Shown: piece after piece, positions 48,532 to 58,787 of the stretch | How positions within the stretch are numbered: position 1 is the stretch's first letter | How the letters are laid out: every line of letters starts with the position of its first letter | Assembly (NCBI GenBank): GCA_963738405.1 | Contig: CAVTWJ010000023.1 | Location: 1-64,000 of the forward strand | DNA from: a candidate division FCPU426 bacterium | GTDB lineage: Bacteria > Oederibacteriota > Muellerivitia > Muellerivitales > Muellerivitaceae | Reading direction: 5' to 3' | Length of the DNA stretch: 64,000 bases | The notes under the pieces: model-generated | The model's database searches: none | What the model saw: only the letters and a program-made list of their open reading frames with translations | What the model was told of the DNA's origin: nothing | Program-made: the position numbers and the translations under genes

Positions 48532-49551
48532 CTAACTATTTTTTCCGTTAATCTCAATTTGAATTTTCTCACAACCTGCCATGATCTTCCCAAAACTTGG
48601 CGGGCTTTGGATCAAACCCGCTTCCGTCATTTTTCCATAATCCGCTTCTAAATCACTGTAAGCCTTGCCCTCGGGAACCAATTGGATCTTCCCCTTTATG
48701 GCATCAAGGTAACTGATGGGTTTCCCTTTTGAATCCTTTTCCTTGAAAAACATTCCCTTGTGACGGGCAACGCTCAGGGCCAAGTCCCTGTCCCCCAGGG
48801 CGTCCGCGAAATAAACCGTTTGTGATATTTCAACCAGGTCGTACCAATGGCGAGAAAATCGCACGCTGGGAGCTTCCTTTTGGCGGCAATAGACATGAAC
48901 CGCAGTGGCTTTCTCCCAAAAGGTTCTTTCAATGCGCATGACATTGGGTGAAGCTTCGGGAAATACCAATTCCGGCATCTTGGCTGCCATATCACAAGTG
49001 ATGAGTTTCTTTTCATTCGGCTCACCGGTTGACCGCGCGCCAAACTCAAGTTGTACCGAGGGGCTAACATAATCGGAGCTTTCGGTTAAGGGCGGGTAAT
49101 AGATCAGGAGTTTTTCCCCTTCCTTCCCACTGGTAGCGAGCCTGGCATCCAGCTTGTTTTGTTTGAGGGCTTCCGAAAGGATCGGCCTGACTTTCCCGGT
49201 AATCCAACCCGGTAGGCTTTTCCTGATTATGTCGGACCATTTTTTCGCCTTGCTGGCGGTGGCGGGAATACCGTTTTCACCGGCCTTAATTTCAGGGATG
49301 AATTCGCGGATGTCGCAGGTCAGGTCGATATCCTCTGAGAAGCGGTTGATGGCGTTATAGGCTTTGGAAAGCGACGTTCCGCCCTTGAAAGTAAGTGCCG
49401 GGGCGATTGCGGATTGGAAAAGCGCCGATAGGGTCCAGACAACCCAAACGTCCTTTTCCAGCAGGTAGGCCGGGCTTCCTATCCTTGCCGAGGCGGCTTG
49501 CAGGGCTTCCTTGCGATCCGACCTTGAAAGGGAAAAGTAGGACTCAGCCAA
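48532..49551 (-). CDS. AbiEii/AbiGii nucleotidyltransferase toxin
   Basis: EKDVWV, FKGGTSLSK, RFSEDID, RTFWEK, RHWYD. Confidence 0.93.
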   Translation of the reverse strand: MAESYFSLSRSDRKEALQAASARIGSPAYLLEKDVWVVWTLSALFQSAIAPALTFKGGTSLSKAYNAINRFSEDIDLTCDIREFIPEIKAGENGIPATASKAKKWSDIIRKSLPGWITGKVRPILSEALKQNKLDARLATSGKEGEKLLIYYPPLTESSDYVSPSVQLEFGARSTGEPNEKKLITCDMAAKMPELVFPEASPNVMRIERTFWEKATAVHVYCRQKEAPSVRFSRHWYDLVEISQTVYFADALGDRDLALSVARHKGMFFKEKDSKGKPISYLDAIKGKIQLVPEGKAYSDLEADYGKMTEAGLIQSPPSFGKIMAGCEKIQIEINGKNS

Positions 49552-50140
49552 GTTGGCCGGCTTCGCCCAGCAATCGGGCGATCCATTCCGGGAATGAGGC
49601 CCTCGAAGCGACCATCACTTTCCACTCTTCCTTTGAGATTTTTTGCCGGATTTTGACAAGGGCCTCCTGCCCATGCGCCTGTCCAATCCAGGCCAAGGCC
49701 CGGACGGCCATTCCGGCAGGCCGGTTGCCCAGGGACAACTGCCACCGGGGCGCGTGCCTGAAACGAATGGTTCGTTTCCCGAGTTTCATGGTGCGGTTCC
49801 TGCCGGATGTGAAGAACACTTCCTCGACGGGAACCTGGGTGGTCAGGCCAAGTGCGTTGGCCGCGACCGCGCCATTCGGGGACACTTCCTCCCCTTTTTT
49901 GACCGCGATGGACTGGATGACGGCTTCCGGCGAGGGGGGGCGGCTGCCAAAACGACCTACCACGGGGGCCACATATGCGCCTCTCTCAACCCGGATCAAT
50001 TTCCCGGCTTTCGTCAGGCGGGTAAAAGCCTGATCCACGGCGGCGCGGGTGTTTTTTCCCAAAAACTCCTTGGGGGACAATACGCTTCCCTCCGGCTTTG
50101 CCTTGGACGAGCTAAGAATGGATTCAATGAGGGGGCTCAT
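49544..50140 (-). CDS. AbiEi-like (DUF6088) antitoxin
   Basis: RAAVDQA...RGAY...ANALGLTTQVP; overlaps the toxin start. Confidence 0.88.
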   Translation of the reverse strand: MSPLIESILSSSKAKPEGSVLSPKEFLGKNTRAAVDQAFTRLTKAGKLIRVERGAYVAPVVGRFGSRPPSPEAVIQSIAVKKGEEVSPNGAVAANALGLTTQVPVEEVFFTSGRNRTMKLGKRTIRFRHAPRWQLSLGNRPAGMAVRALAWIGQAHGQEALVKIRQKISKEEWKVMVASRASFPEWIARLLGEAGQLG

Positions 50141-50316
50141 GGGAAATAACTCCTTATGTCAGAATTATATGTCCTTTTCTGACATCTATCAAGGAGCCAT
50201 CTTTTGGGTTCCCGGAGGAAGTAATGGGTATGGGAGGGGGGGAAATCCGGTTTCCACGGATTAAATATTCGGTTCTCATTTATTTCTTCCGCCGTCAAAC
50301 CAGCCGGTACCCGTTT

Positions 50317-50844
50317 TTATCCTTCTTCCGTGGCCGATGGTTTGATTTCTACCGTATCCATGCACACTTCTTGGAATACCTTGAGTGCCAATAGCTCCAC
50401 TTCCCTAAAACCAAAAAGCGCTCCATCCCGGACCCATTCCTTCGGTGAGACCGGGGAATCTCCGGAAAGTTTGATGGTTCCCGGGTCCATAACCCAGTAC
50501 TTCACCATGCTTTTGGCGGCTTCCTGAATCCGGTTAAGCTTTTCTGAAAGCCAGGGCCGGAAATCCCAATCCTCAGGACGTTCGGTATGACGGATGGTGA
50601 ACTTTTCATTCTCTTGCATTGATTCATGGGGAATACCGTGGAATTCCCCGGCTTCTTTTGCGGGAACAATAAGCTCATAGGCGGCAAGGGCATTGCTCAA
50701 AATGCGGAGCATTTCAAAATGAATATCAGGACGTTTATCCGTATCCTTCAGATAGCTTTCCAAAGGTTTTTTGATTCGTTTGCAATCTTCGAGTATCGCT
50801 GATAATCGCCGGGTTAATTCCGAAGCTGGATCACTAGACGCCAT
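50317..50844 (-). CDS. Hypothetical protein
   Basis: ORF with GGAGG RBS. Confidence 0.6.
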   Translation of the reverse strand: MASSDPASELTRRLSAILEDCKRIKKPLESYLKDTDKRPDIHFEMLRILSNALAAYELIVPAKEAGEFHGIPHESMQENEKFTIRHTERPEDWDFRPWLSEKLNRIQEAAKSMVKYWVMDPGTIKLSGDSPVSPKEWVRDGALFGFREVELLALKVFQEVCMDTVEIKPSATEEG

Positions 50845-51299
50845 TATTTGCCTCCCGCAAAAGGTAAGGATAAGAGAATAATAATTATAGTTCAAACCCG
50901 CTGGAATTTTATGTTTAACACGGTTCGAAGCGATAACCGAGGATAAATTCCATGGCCCGATTTTCCTCAAACAAAAATCGGCCGCTTACCAATTTTTCCC
51001 GGTACTTGCCAATCCTAGACTTCTTTTGACTGTTCGTCATCCTGCATTTTCCCCGGAATTCCGCGAATGATTCACCCTGCCCGGAAGGGGCTTTAGCTGA
51101 TATAAGCCTTCCGGCTTCAGAGGAAGGACTGATTAAATATCAACAAGATGGAATTGAAGCCCTCGGAGCTGAATATTTCATCGATAGGGCTGGTTAGAGG
51201 CCATAAAGAACCCAACCTTCTTTTCAAAAACACGCGCCACCACCGGGGTCACGAAGGCAACACCGGCCCGGTGGCGGTTGGTTCCTCTGATTCTCCTCA

Positions 51300-51539
51300 T
51301 CAAACCTGAGCCTTTGAGTCCGCGAAAACCTCCGCTTCCTCGGGTGTCATTCCAGCTTCCATCGCTTTCTGGATGACGGCTTGTCGGCGGGCTTCCTTCT
51401 TTGGTAAAGAACCGCTAAAAGTTAATGTGCTCTTGTTCCTAAAATAGACCTTGGTAACTAACCGCTGTTGGTATCCACGAACAAAAACCGATTCATAAAG
51501 GACCTTTTTGATTCCTGGAATTTCTATGTTTAACTCCAT
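51300..51539 (-). CDS. Small hypothetical protein
   Basis: RBS; conserved paralogue at 44132-44339. Confidence 0.8.
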   Translation of the reverse strand: MELNIEIPGIKKVLYESVFVRGYQQRLVTKVYFRNKSTLTFSGSLPKKEARRQAVIQKAMEAGMTPEEAEVFADSKAQV

Positions 51540-51542
51540 GGC

Positions 51543-51791
51543 CTAATCTCCTTTCCGAATTTCATCCCCTTGATCCGGATCGCAATCCGGGCAAATCTTC
51601 CCCAAGTCCTGAACCCGGACGTACATCCGTGTCCCACAAACCCGGCAATAGGAATAAAAGTAATAGGGCGTCTCAAACCCCATCTTCTCCGGCCTTTCGC
51701 CCTGCTTGATTCCCTGGTTCATTCTGTCCCCCTTCCCGTTTCCCTTGGTTTGGCGTTCCATGGATTCCCCCTCCTGGCCGTTAAGGACCAT
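51543..51791 (-). CDS. Small Zn-ribbon-like protein
   Basis: CRVC...CPDC. Confidence 0.6.
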   Translation of the reverse strand: MVLNGQEGESMERQTKGNGKGDRMNQGIKQGERPEKMGFETPYYFYSYCRVCGTRMYVRVQDLGKICPDCDPDQGDEIRKGD

Positions 51792-51987
51792 CCGAAAATT
51801 CCTTTACGACTCTCAGGTAATTGCCCATCACGGCCTGGAAGTAAGGGGAGCAGGAAATTTTCCCGCAAGCGGCCAAAGGTTCTTCCCCTGGATTCTCCTT
51901 TTTGAATTCCTGGATTTTCTCCTCAGGAACCTCCAATTCCGTCCCGCACACCCAACAATTCATTTTCATTACAAATTCTCCTTTCAA
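51781..51987 (-). CDS. Small Cys-containing protein
   Basis: CWVC...C..C; AGGAG RBS. Confidence 0.6.
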   Translation of the reverse strand: MKGEFVMKMNCWVCGTELEVPEEKIQEFKKENPGEEPLAACGKISCSPYFQAVMGNYLRVVKEFSDGP

Positions 51988-52460
51988 AGAAGTCCCGCAT
52001 GGCGGAACGAAAAATGGCCCTCGTGGGCGACGATCAAATGGTCATGGACAGTCACCCCCAAAGCCTTGGCGGCGGTCGAAACCTGCCGGGTTAGGGCCCG
52101 GTCCCCCTCGGAGGGTTCCAGGCTTCCCCCAGGATGGTTATGCGCCAAAATAACGCCGGATGCTTTTAGCTCCAGGGCGCGGCGGCATATCTCCCTTGGA
52201 TAAACCGCCGTATGGTCCACGGTTCCCTCCCCTTCCAGCACCACGTCCAAAATGTGGTTGCGGTGGTCCAGGTACATGCAAAGGAAAGCCTCGTTGGATT
52301 TCCCCCCGATGAACCTTTTGAAGTAACCCGCCGCATCCTCCGGGACGACCACGACCGGCCCCCGCTTATAAGTTTCACGCGCCTCCATCCACGACGTGGG
52401 CGGAACGGTCGGCGCGGGGAAAGCATCCAGGTTGAATCTCATGACAAGTTGTCTTTTCAT
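51984..52460 (-). CDS. radC: RadC-like JAB domain protein
   Basis: VYPREI, HNHPGG..PS..D, DHLIV. Confidence 0.93.
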   Translation of the reverse strand: MKRQLVMRFNLDAFPAPTVPPTSWMEARETYKRGPVVVVPEDAAGYFKRFIGGKSNEAFLCMYLDHRNHILDVVLEGEGTVDHTAVYPREICRRALELKASGVILAHNHPGGSLEPSEGDRALTRQVSTAAKALGVTVHDHLIVAHEGHFSFRHAGLL

Positions 52461-52472
52461 GGCGGCCCCCTT

Positions 52473-53381
52473 TCAGGCTACCGACTTGTCGGGCGTAGCC
52501 TCGACCAAGCCGGATTCAACGAATTCCGTTTTCAAGATGAAGTCCATCGCGGCCTGGGCCTTGGCGGCGGCTGTGAAGATGGCCCGCTTGTGGTCCTTCA
52601 AAACCTGAATCCAGTCCCCGATATAGTTGGAATGCCGGGTGGCGTAGGGGATTCCCACGGAGGCGCAAAGGAAGGCGGCTCCCATTTCGGCAACCAGTTC
52701 CTCGAAAGCGTAGGCCTGGTCCCCGTAGCGCTTCCCGAATTCCCGGTTGAGGCGGTGGCTCGCGCCGGTCCAATGGCAAACCTCGTGGTAAGCGACGCCA
52801 AAAAAAGCGTCGCGGCTCTCGAAGCTCTCTTTCAAGGGAAGGGTGATGAAGTCCGTCTTGCGGTCATAAAAGGCCTGGTCAACGGGTGCGAGAATTATTT
52901 CCGCTCCCGAATCCGTCAATATTCCTTCGGCCTCCTCCAGGGTCTGGAATGGCTCGACGGTTTCCGCCTTCGGTTTCAGGTGGTCCAATCCCTCCACTTG
53001 GTCCAGGTTGAAAACCGTATAGGTCCGGAGAACCCAAAAGGATTGTTCCTCAAGCAAGACCTCATCTTCCAGGTTGAGGCTCTTGGTCTTGGAAAGCTTC
53101 TTGTAGAAAACCACGTCGGTCCCCTTCTCGCCCTTCCTGACGTTTCCCTTCAAGGCCTTGGCCTGGTTGAAGGTGATCCAGGCTGGGGATGAAAACCCCT
53201 TTTCTATTTGTTGGTGCCACAAACAAAATGTGTTTATACCCCTGTACCGCTTCTGGGTGCTGGCGTTCACCGGGAGGGGTAAGCCCTTCCCGTGTTTCCA
53301 GGGTTTCTCCCAGGGTGTGACGCCCTTTTCCAGGTCTTCCAAAATCCGGTTTGTGATTTCCTCGGCGATATTCCTCTTCAT
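52473..53381 (-). CDS. ardC: ArdC-family antirestriction ssDNA-binding protein
   Basis: PWEKPW, YRGIN, VRKGEKG, VFNLDQ, HEVCHWTG, YAFEELVAE. Confidence 0.93.
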   Translation of the reverse strand: MKRNIAEEITNRILEDLEKGVTPWEKPWKHGKGLPLPVNASTQKRYRGINTFCLWHQQIEKGFSSPAWITFNQAKALKGNVRKGEKGTDVVFYKKLSKTKSLNLEDEVLLEEQSFWVLRTYTVFNLDQVEGLDHLKPKAETVEPFQTLEEAEGILTDSGAEIILAPVDQAFYDRKTDFITLPLKESFESRDAFFGVAYHEVCHWTGASHRLNREFGKRYGDQAYAFEELVAEMGAAFLCASVGIPYATRHSNYIGDWIQVLKDHKRAIFTAAAKAQAAMDFILKTEFVESGLVEATPDKSVA

Positions 53382-53400
53382 GGTTCTGCCTCCTTAGTTT

Positions 53401-53634
53401 TTAGGTGAGTGAATGAATTAGTTTTTGAACCTCCAAAAGCTGTAAAGGGTCCAGGGCGCATCCAATCGCCCCTAAAAATTCGCCCTCGGTTAGGCCGTCT
53501 TTCACGTCCACCATGGAAAGGGTTTCCTGGTCTTCGATCTCGTAGAAAAAGAGCCCTTCCGAATCCTTCCCAAAGTGGATTTCGTACCTCTCCAAGGCCT
53601 TGAACTTCATGACTTCAAAAGCTGGATGCGCCAT
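53401..53634 (-). CDS. Small acidic hypothetical protein
   Basis: AAGGAGG RBS, in operon with ardC. Confidence 0.65.
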   Translation of the reverse strand: MAHPAFEVMKFKALERYEIHFGKDSEGLFFYEIEDQETLSMVDVKDGLTEGEFLGAIGCALDPLQLLEVQKLIHSLT

Positions 53635-53643
53635 AACCCCTCC

Positions 53644-53784
53644 TTAAAACCCCCAACCTTCCTCAAGCTTCCGGATGACCCGGTCGATCTCTTCATCCGG
53701 CACGGGCCAGCTTTGGGCCTTCGGCTCCTCGGCCTGACTCCCCTCCGGTTTTCTTTCCTGTTTCGTGTCCTGTTCCATTTCCAT
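53644..53784 (-). CDS. 46-aa acidic peptide, first gene of the ardC operon
   Basis: MEMEQDTKQERKPEGSQAEEPKAQSWPVPDEEIDRVIRKLEEGWGF with AGGGAG RBS; below the ORF-track cutoff. Confidence 0.55.
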   Translation of the reverse strand: MEMEQDTKQERKPEGSQAEEPKAQSWPVPDEEIDRVIRKLEEGWGF

Positions 53785-54929
53785 CACTCCCTTTCTTTTC
53801 TTAGTTTTTTTTGATGGCTATTCGCCTTTCAAAAAACCGCCTTCCACCTCCCCCCCTCAAAAACAGAGGGGGGGAGGGGAAGGCCATAGCGGGAGTTTTG
53901 GGAGTTCGTGCGGGAAAGCGTCCTGAGACTTCGGGAGGGAAAAACAAAGCAAGGCCACCCTTTACTTTTGTGACAGCCGCGCCTTTCGGCTGGCGCAAAA
54001 GTTGCCGTGCAAGGGGGGCCGTGTGCGAAGGAATACCGTCATTGGGCCTCGGGACGAACTCCCGAAACCATCCATCGCCCAATCACCTGGACCTATTGAC
54101 CCTCTATGTCTGCTTTATGGGTTTACTGCTGAACTTCAGGAAGGAATAACCACTCAGATCCATCATGAGACCAAAAACCGCTTAACTCTCTACCACCACC
54201 GAATCCAGGCACGGTTCTTTTGGGAATCCCCGATACCCGAAGTGCCGGGAGCCTTCGGATTTTTCGAAGGCGGGGACGAAGTCCTTTCAAAAATGGGAAA
54301 CCGAGGGGGTATCACTTTTCTTACCCCGAAATTTTCCATTTTTGAAACGGCCCTGAGGACTCGCTCCCTCCCATCCATTTATCGGCGGCGTGCCAGGGCG
54401 GCATTTTTAGTTCGCCCAGGCGTGCCGCCGCCTTTGTGGGAGTGCCAATCCGAAAGCCCCCTCCCCGGCATGTAGCCTCCAAAATTCCATTCCCCGAAGG
54501 GCTCCAATACTTTGGCGGGATAGCATGACGGGGAGGGGGCTTTTGGCTTGGTGGGGTCCCCAAAGGAAAATGGATGGGAAATGACAGCTACCACTCCAAT
54601 CCCCCACCTCCGGTTTTAAGGGGCAATCCAAAAGGGGGGTACTTCCCCGTTTTGGTTAGGGGCTAGGGGGCGAAAGCCACCGGGGATAGGGGTGGATTGA
54701 AATCATCCTGCGGGTTTTGCAGGATATTTCAATCCAGGGGGAAGGCCCACGAAAAAGGGACGCCGTTCCCCTTTTTCGTTCCCCCTTTAAACAATCTTCT
54801 AAGTCTTGAGTGATGTTCTTCCGGCTGTCTTTTGTGATGTCTTCCAGGCTGTCTTTATCCGCTATGTACCCTACTCCGTCTTTGGTTACCCCGGCCTTTA
54901 AACGGCTCCCTATCCTGTTCCCCACCGGA

Positions 54930-54976
54930 TCAAAAAAAAATGGGGCTTCCTGGTGGTTTCCCAGGAAGCCCCATTA
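54930..54976 (-). terminator. Strong hairpin with a T-run on the minus strand
   Basis: A-run, then ATGGGGCTTCCTGG-tggtttc-CCAGGAAGCCCCAT. Confidence 0.7.
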
Positions 54977-55770
54977 CCATGTTTCTTCGCCTTGTTTTTA
55001 CCCCGTCCAATTCAAAATTACCACCACTTCCACCTGCAACGGTCTGCTTTACCTGCTCTCCCTTTGGCTCCTGCTACCACCTCCTCCTGACCACACCCCC
55101 AAGCCGTTACCACCTCAGACACCCACCTACCAACCACTTCATCAGCTACGTTTTGCTTTACCTAATCCCCCCCGCCACCTACTTCAATCACAAGCTTTTC
55201 CAGCACCCCATCAATTACCACCACCACTTCAATCTCAACCTCCCACTTCTATTCTCACTGTTGTCTTTCTTTCTTGTTATCTCTTCATCTACTCATCAAG
55301 TAAGTTTTTATGGTTTATTAAGGTTTTCTCATGCGGAGAGGGCGAACCCCCCTATCGTTTCTAGCATCATCACTTGATGCGTAGATAGGGGGGTTCGCCA
55401 TCGGAGCATGAGGAAACAGGCCCAAACAAACCAAAAACTTCAAATTTCCATTTCCATGGCGCGGAAATGCCATTTCCATGGGCTGGCCTTTTTATCATTA
55501 CCCACAAACAACCAGCGCCCTACGCTGGCCGGTTGGCGCTTTCAATTCCCTTTTGTTTTCGCCACTGATTTTTTCCAGCCTCTTTCCATCGGTTCTCTTT
55601 TGGTTTGGTTTTTCCAATTAAAAAGCCTGAAGCAAAGTTCCCATGGAAATAAAATCCCACCTGAAAATGCCCCCAAGCAGGCAGGTTCAAAATATAAAAT
55701 GGCCCCAATAAAGCCGGAATCTTAAAATTTCCATTTCCATGGCGTGGAAATGGTATCCCACTGGCTCGGG

Positions 55771-56232
55771 TCATTTATCCGAGGCTACCCTGGCAATCGG
55801 CAGGTCCCTAAGCCGGGTCGTGTAGTGCGGGGACTGCCTCCCGAATCTCGTCAACCACCTCTGGTTGATCCCCACCGAGGCAATGCGGATGGTTCCCGCC
55901 CCCTTGACCTCGTTCAACTGGTCGATGGTTCTCATCAAGACCGGCCTTCGGGCGTCCTCCGGGTGGATGAACAAATGCCCCTGGACGGCGTCTTCGGGTT
56001 CCAGTTTGTCGGCGTTCAACCCTATCCTCTTGTACCGGTAGCCCTTCCGGTAAAGGCTTTCCACCACGGCCACTACGTAACGGATCAGGGTCGAAGTGTC
56101 GTTGGTGGCCACCGGGAAAACCACCGTCCGGGCATCCCCGTACTGGGGGTCATGGCCGAAAGGGTTGGTCTGAATCCGGACAGTCAGTTCCTTACCGATC
56201 GTCAATTTCATTGGGTGGCGTACTGTAACCAT
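55771..56232 (-). pseudogene. umuC: UmuC (Pol V) C-terminal fragment
   Basis: GYRYKRIG, LMRTIDQLN, WLTRFGRQSPHYTT; catalytic N-terminus absent. Confidence 0.82.
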
Positions 56233-57532
56233 ACCGTTCGTTTATTTCTATTTCTTCTCTAATTGATTTTCGAGCTTCGTCCTTTCTACCCAATTCGATC
56301 AAAGAGCCCACACGACAACTCAAACTCTGGGCGAGTAACGGCTTATAGCCCTTGACTAGGCTTGCGAGGTGACGACTCACTTGAGTCGCTTCCTCAGCCG
56401 CATCTAACGCTTCCACTTTCCGGCCTAAGTTGATAAGAAGCTTGGATAGAAGATTCAATCCTACCGGCAGAGCGGGTTGATAAAGATCGGGGTCTTGATC
56501 GGCCAAACGCCTTCTAATTTCAACCGATTCAAAAGCAATGGGCAATGCTTCCTCAAATTTTTCCAATCCACGCAAACAATTCCCCAAGTAATTTAGGCTT
56601 TTGGCTAAAGGGGCCGAATAGGTAGTGGGCTCCCATTTGGCTAAAAGACGGTAACAGGCCAAGGATTCTCGAAGAGATTTTAGTTCTTCATCCTTACGTT
56701 CCATGCATTCGTAAACCTGGGATTGATAGAACAGAGCATAGGCTAGATCCGCGCGGTGATCCCAAGGAGCCGCCAGGGTCAGGTGTCGCAAAAGCCCAAC
56801 CGCTTCCAGGATCGACCGATGAGCCTCCTCGAGCCGGCTTAAATTCCCCAGTACATGACTTTTCCAGAGTAAGCTTAAAGCCAGCTTAGAAACGTCTTTT
56901 GATTCCGAGGGTTGGGCCGCGCGGAGAAACCGCTCCCCTTCCTCAAACGCCTCAAGAGCTTGAGTATAACGGTTAGAGTGAAACTGTAATTTGCCTAAGG
57001 TATATAAAGACCTTCCCAGAAGCATTCGTGTTTTTTCAGGTTTCTTGGGCATGAGGACTCGAAAGATCTCCACCGCTTCCCTACTGGCGGAAGCCGACTC
57101 ATCCCACCGACCTACATCTGAGTAATTTTGAGTGATTTCCATTAAAGCAATCCCCAACGCTGAAGCATATTGATCTGGGTTTCGTTGGGCCAACTGGCGA
57201 AACAAATAAACGGTCTCTTCCATGGCCTCTAAAGCGTCGGCTTCTCTCCCCCCCAGATCCTCCAAACCGACAGCAAGGTTATTGAGGCTTTTGGCGAGAT
57301 CCGCCAAGCGATCTTCCGATCCGGATTTGGCCAAATGTCTCAAAAGTCCCACCGATTCTTCGGTCGCCTGGATGGCTAGTTCGGTATGGTTCAACTCACC
57401 CAAACATCGACCTAAACTTCTTAGGCTCAAAGCGAGTTCAAGAACATTTTCAGAAGTATGAGACTCTACCAAGGCCCGATATTTCTCAACCTGGGCCTGG
57501 GCTTCCAAAAGATCAACTTTTTTCTTAGCCAT
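56192..57532 (-). CDS. Tetratricopeptide-repeat protein
   Basis: Repeated LAKSLNNL...EA....EAV...R.LA units. Confidence 0.88.
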   Translation of the reverse strand: MAKKKVDLLEAQAQVEKYRALVESHTSENVLELALSLRSLGRCLGELNHTELAIQATEESVGLLRHLAKSGSEDRLADLAKSLNNLAVGLEDLGGREADALEAMEETVYLFRQLAQRNPDQYASALGIALMEITQNYSDVGRWDESASASREAVEIFRVLMPKKPEKTRMLLGRSLYTLGKLQFHSNRYTQALEAFEEGERFLRAAQPSESKDVSKLALSLLWKSHVLGNLSRLEEAHRSILEAVGLLRHLTLAAPWDHRADLAYALFYQSQVYECMERKDEELKSLRESLACYRLLAKWEPTTYSAPLAKSLNYLGNCLRGLEKFEEALPIAFESVEIRRRLADQDPDLYQPALPVGLNLLSKLLINLGRKVEALDAAEEATQVSRHLASLVKGYKPLLAQSLSCRVGSLIELGRKDEARKSIREEIEINERYGYSTPPNEIDDR

Positions 57533-57649
57533 ACCAATCACATCCTGAATAAGACTTACGCACCAACATCTATTCAGAGAGGGCCAGTCGATTTTCAACA
57601 TCCCCAGAACAAACGCAATCCGACTTCAACTCTTGCCCTTCTTCTCGGT

Positions 57650-58330
57650 TCAAGCATCTTCCCCACCTAGCTTCTCTTGCCACTTCCCGAAAAATTTCTC
57701 CGCCTTTGAGAAATCACCGTTTGGCCAAACACCCAAACCATCGTAAACTTCCATGCCGTCGCTGTGCCGATTCAATATTTTAAAAGCCTCCAAAGCGTTT
57801 AAGGCTTGGTTCCTATTCCACGGACAATGGATGTGGACCTCATTTTCGCAAAACAAACCTGTCATCAATGTCGGCGGGCATTGAATAAACTCGTCAAAAG
57901 AATCCAATAACTCTTGTGGGGACCGTTTCCTATCTTCTTTAAACCAAACACGCTCATTTTGGTCTGGAATTTCTTTGTATTCGGACGTGTATTTCGCCAA
58001 CAATCCACCGCGAGTAACGTTCCAGGTTAAGATCCATTCTTCATAGGGATGGCAAATGGCAAGACCCTGCATATGTTCGCGTTCGATCTCAAAAAGCCCT
58101 TTCCCGGTCATTCTTCGTACGACATGCAGATCATCAGGTGTGACAGGGGCTTCACCAAAGATCTTCCGCAATTGGCCTTCAGCCTCATCGGAAATGGATC
58201 CAGTCGCCATCCAGTCGATCGGGATCACATCCAAATCCAAGGCCACCGCGAAACGCAATAAATCCCGCATCAAATTCGGGATCTCCTCCACCCTCACGCG
58301 GCCTTTTTTGATGGAGATATCGAATCCCAT
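57650..58330 (-). CDS. Hypothetical protein
   Basis: Long ORF, RBS-like AAGGGG. Confidence 0.65.
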   Translation of the reverse strand: MGFDISIKKGRVRVEEIPNLMRDLLRFAVALDLDVIPIDWMATGSISDEAEGQLRKIFGEAPVTPDDLHVVRRMTGKGLFEIEREHMQGLAICHPYEEWILTWNVTRGGLLAKYTSEYKEIPDQNERVWFKEDRKRSPQELLDSFDEFIQCPPTLMTGLFCENEVHIHCPWNRNQALNALEAFKILNRHSDGMEVYDGLGVWPNGDFSKAEKFFGKWQEKLGGEDA

Positions 58331-58448
58331 CAGAAACCCCTTTCTCGTCACAAACCTGGTTCGCAACCACCCAATTCAATTAGCTCATGAAGTCCTCAGG
58401 TATCCAACAACGAAAAAAGCCATTAGATACCTATCTTAGTTTCACGTG

Positions 58449-58631
58449 TCAGTTCCCGCTTTCCTTTTTCGCGTCTTCGACCGCTTTCTTGAGGGTCTTG
58501 TATTCCCCACTATGGTGTTTGCCGTTTTTATGAATGTAGTAACTCGCGCCCCAAATAGAGCTGATCCTTTCGATAACCTCGTACTTACTTGTATCGCTAT
58601 AAAAATTTTCGATCACTTTAAAGTCCGACAT
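58449..58631 (-). CDS. Small hypothetical protein
   Basis: 60 aa, RBS-like upstream. Confidence 0.55.
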   Translation of the reverse strand: MSDFKVIENFYSDTSKYEVIERISSIWGASYYIHKNGKHHSGEYKTLKKAVEDAKKESGN

Positions 58632-58787
58632 GATATGGACCCCTTTCTTTGGCGTGATGCAATTTCCCCATCCGCAAGATGAATAATAAGTTCGTTGGGT
58701 CGCATTTTGTCTAACCGCAAAATTGCAAATAAGTACGGGAGTAACCGCCGGGGTAGCATCCGGAAAAGAAGAAAGAGAGGAAGCATA

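Noticed and set aside
54810..55377. Plus-strand ORFs of 184 and 145 aa
   Set aside because: Overlapping open frames with P/H/L/T-biased composition are explained by strand skew; no RBS
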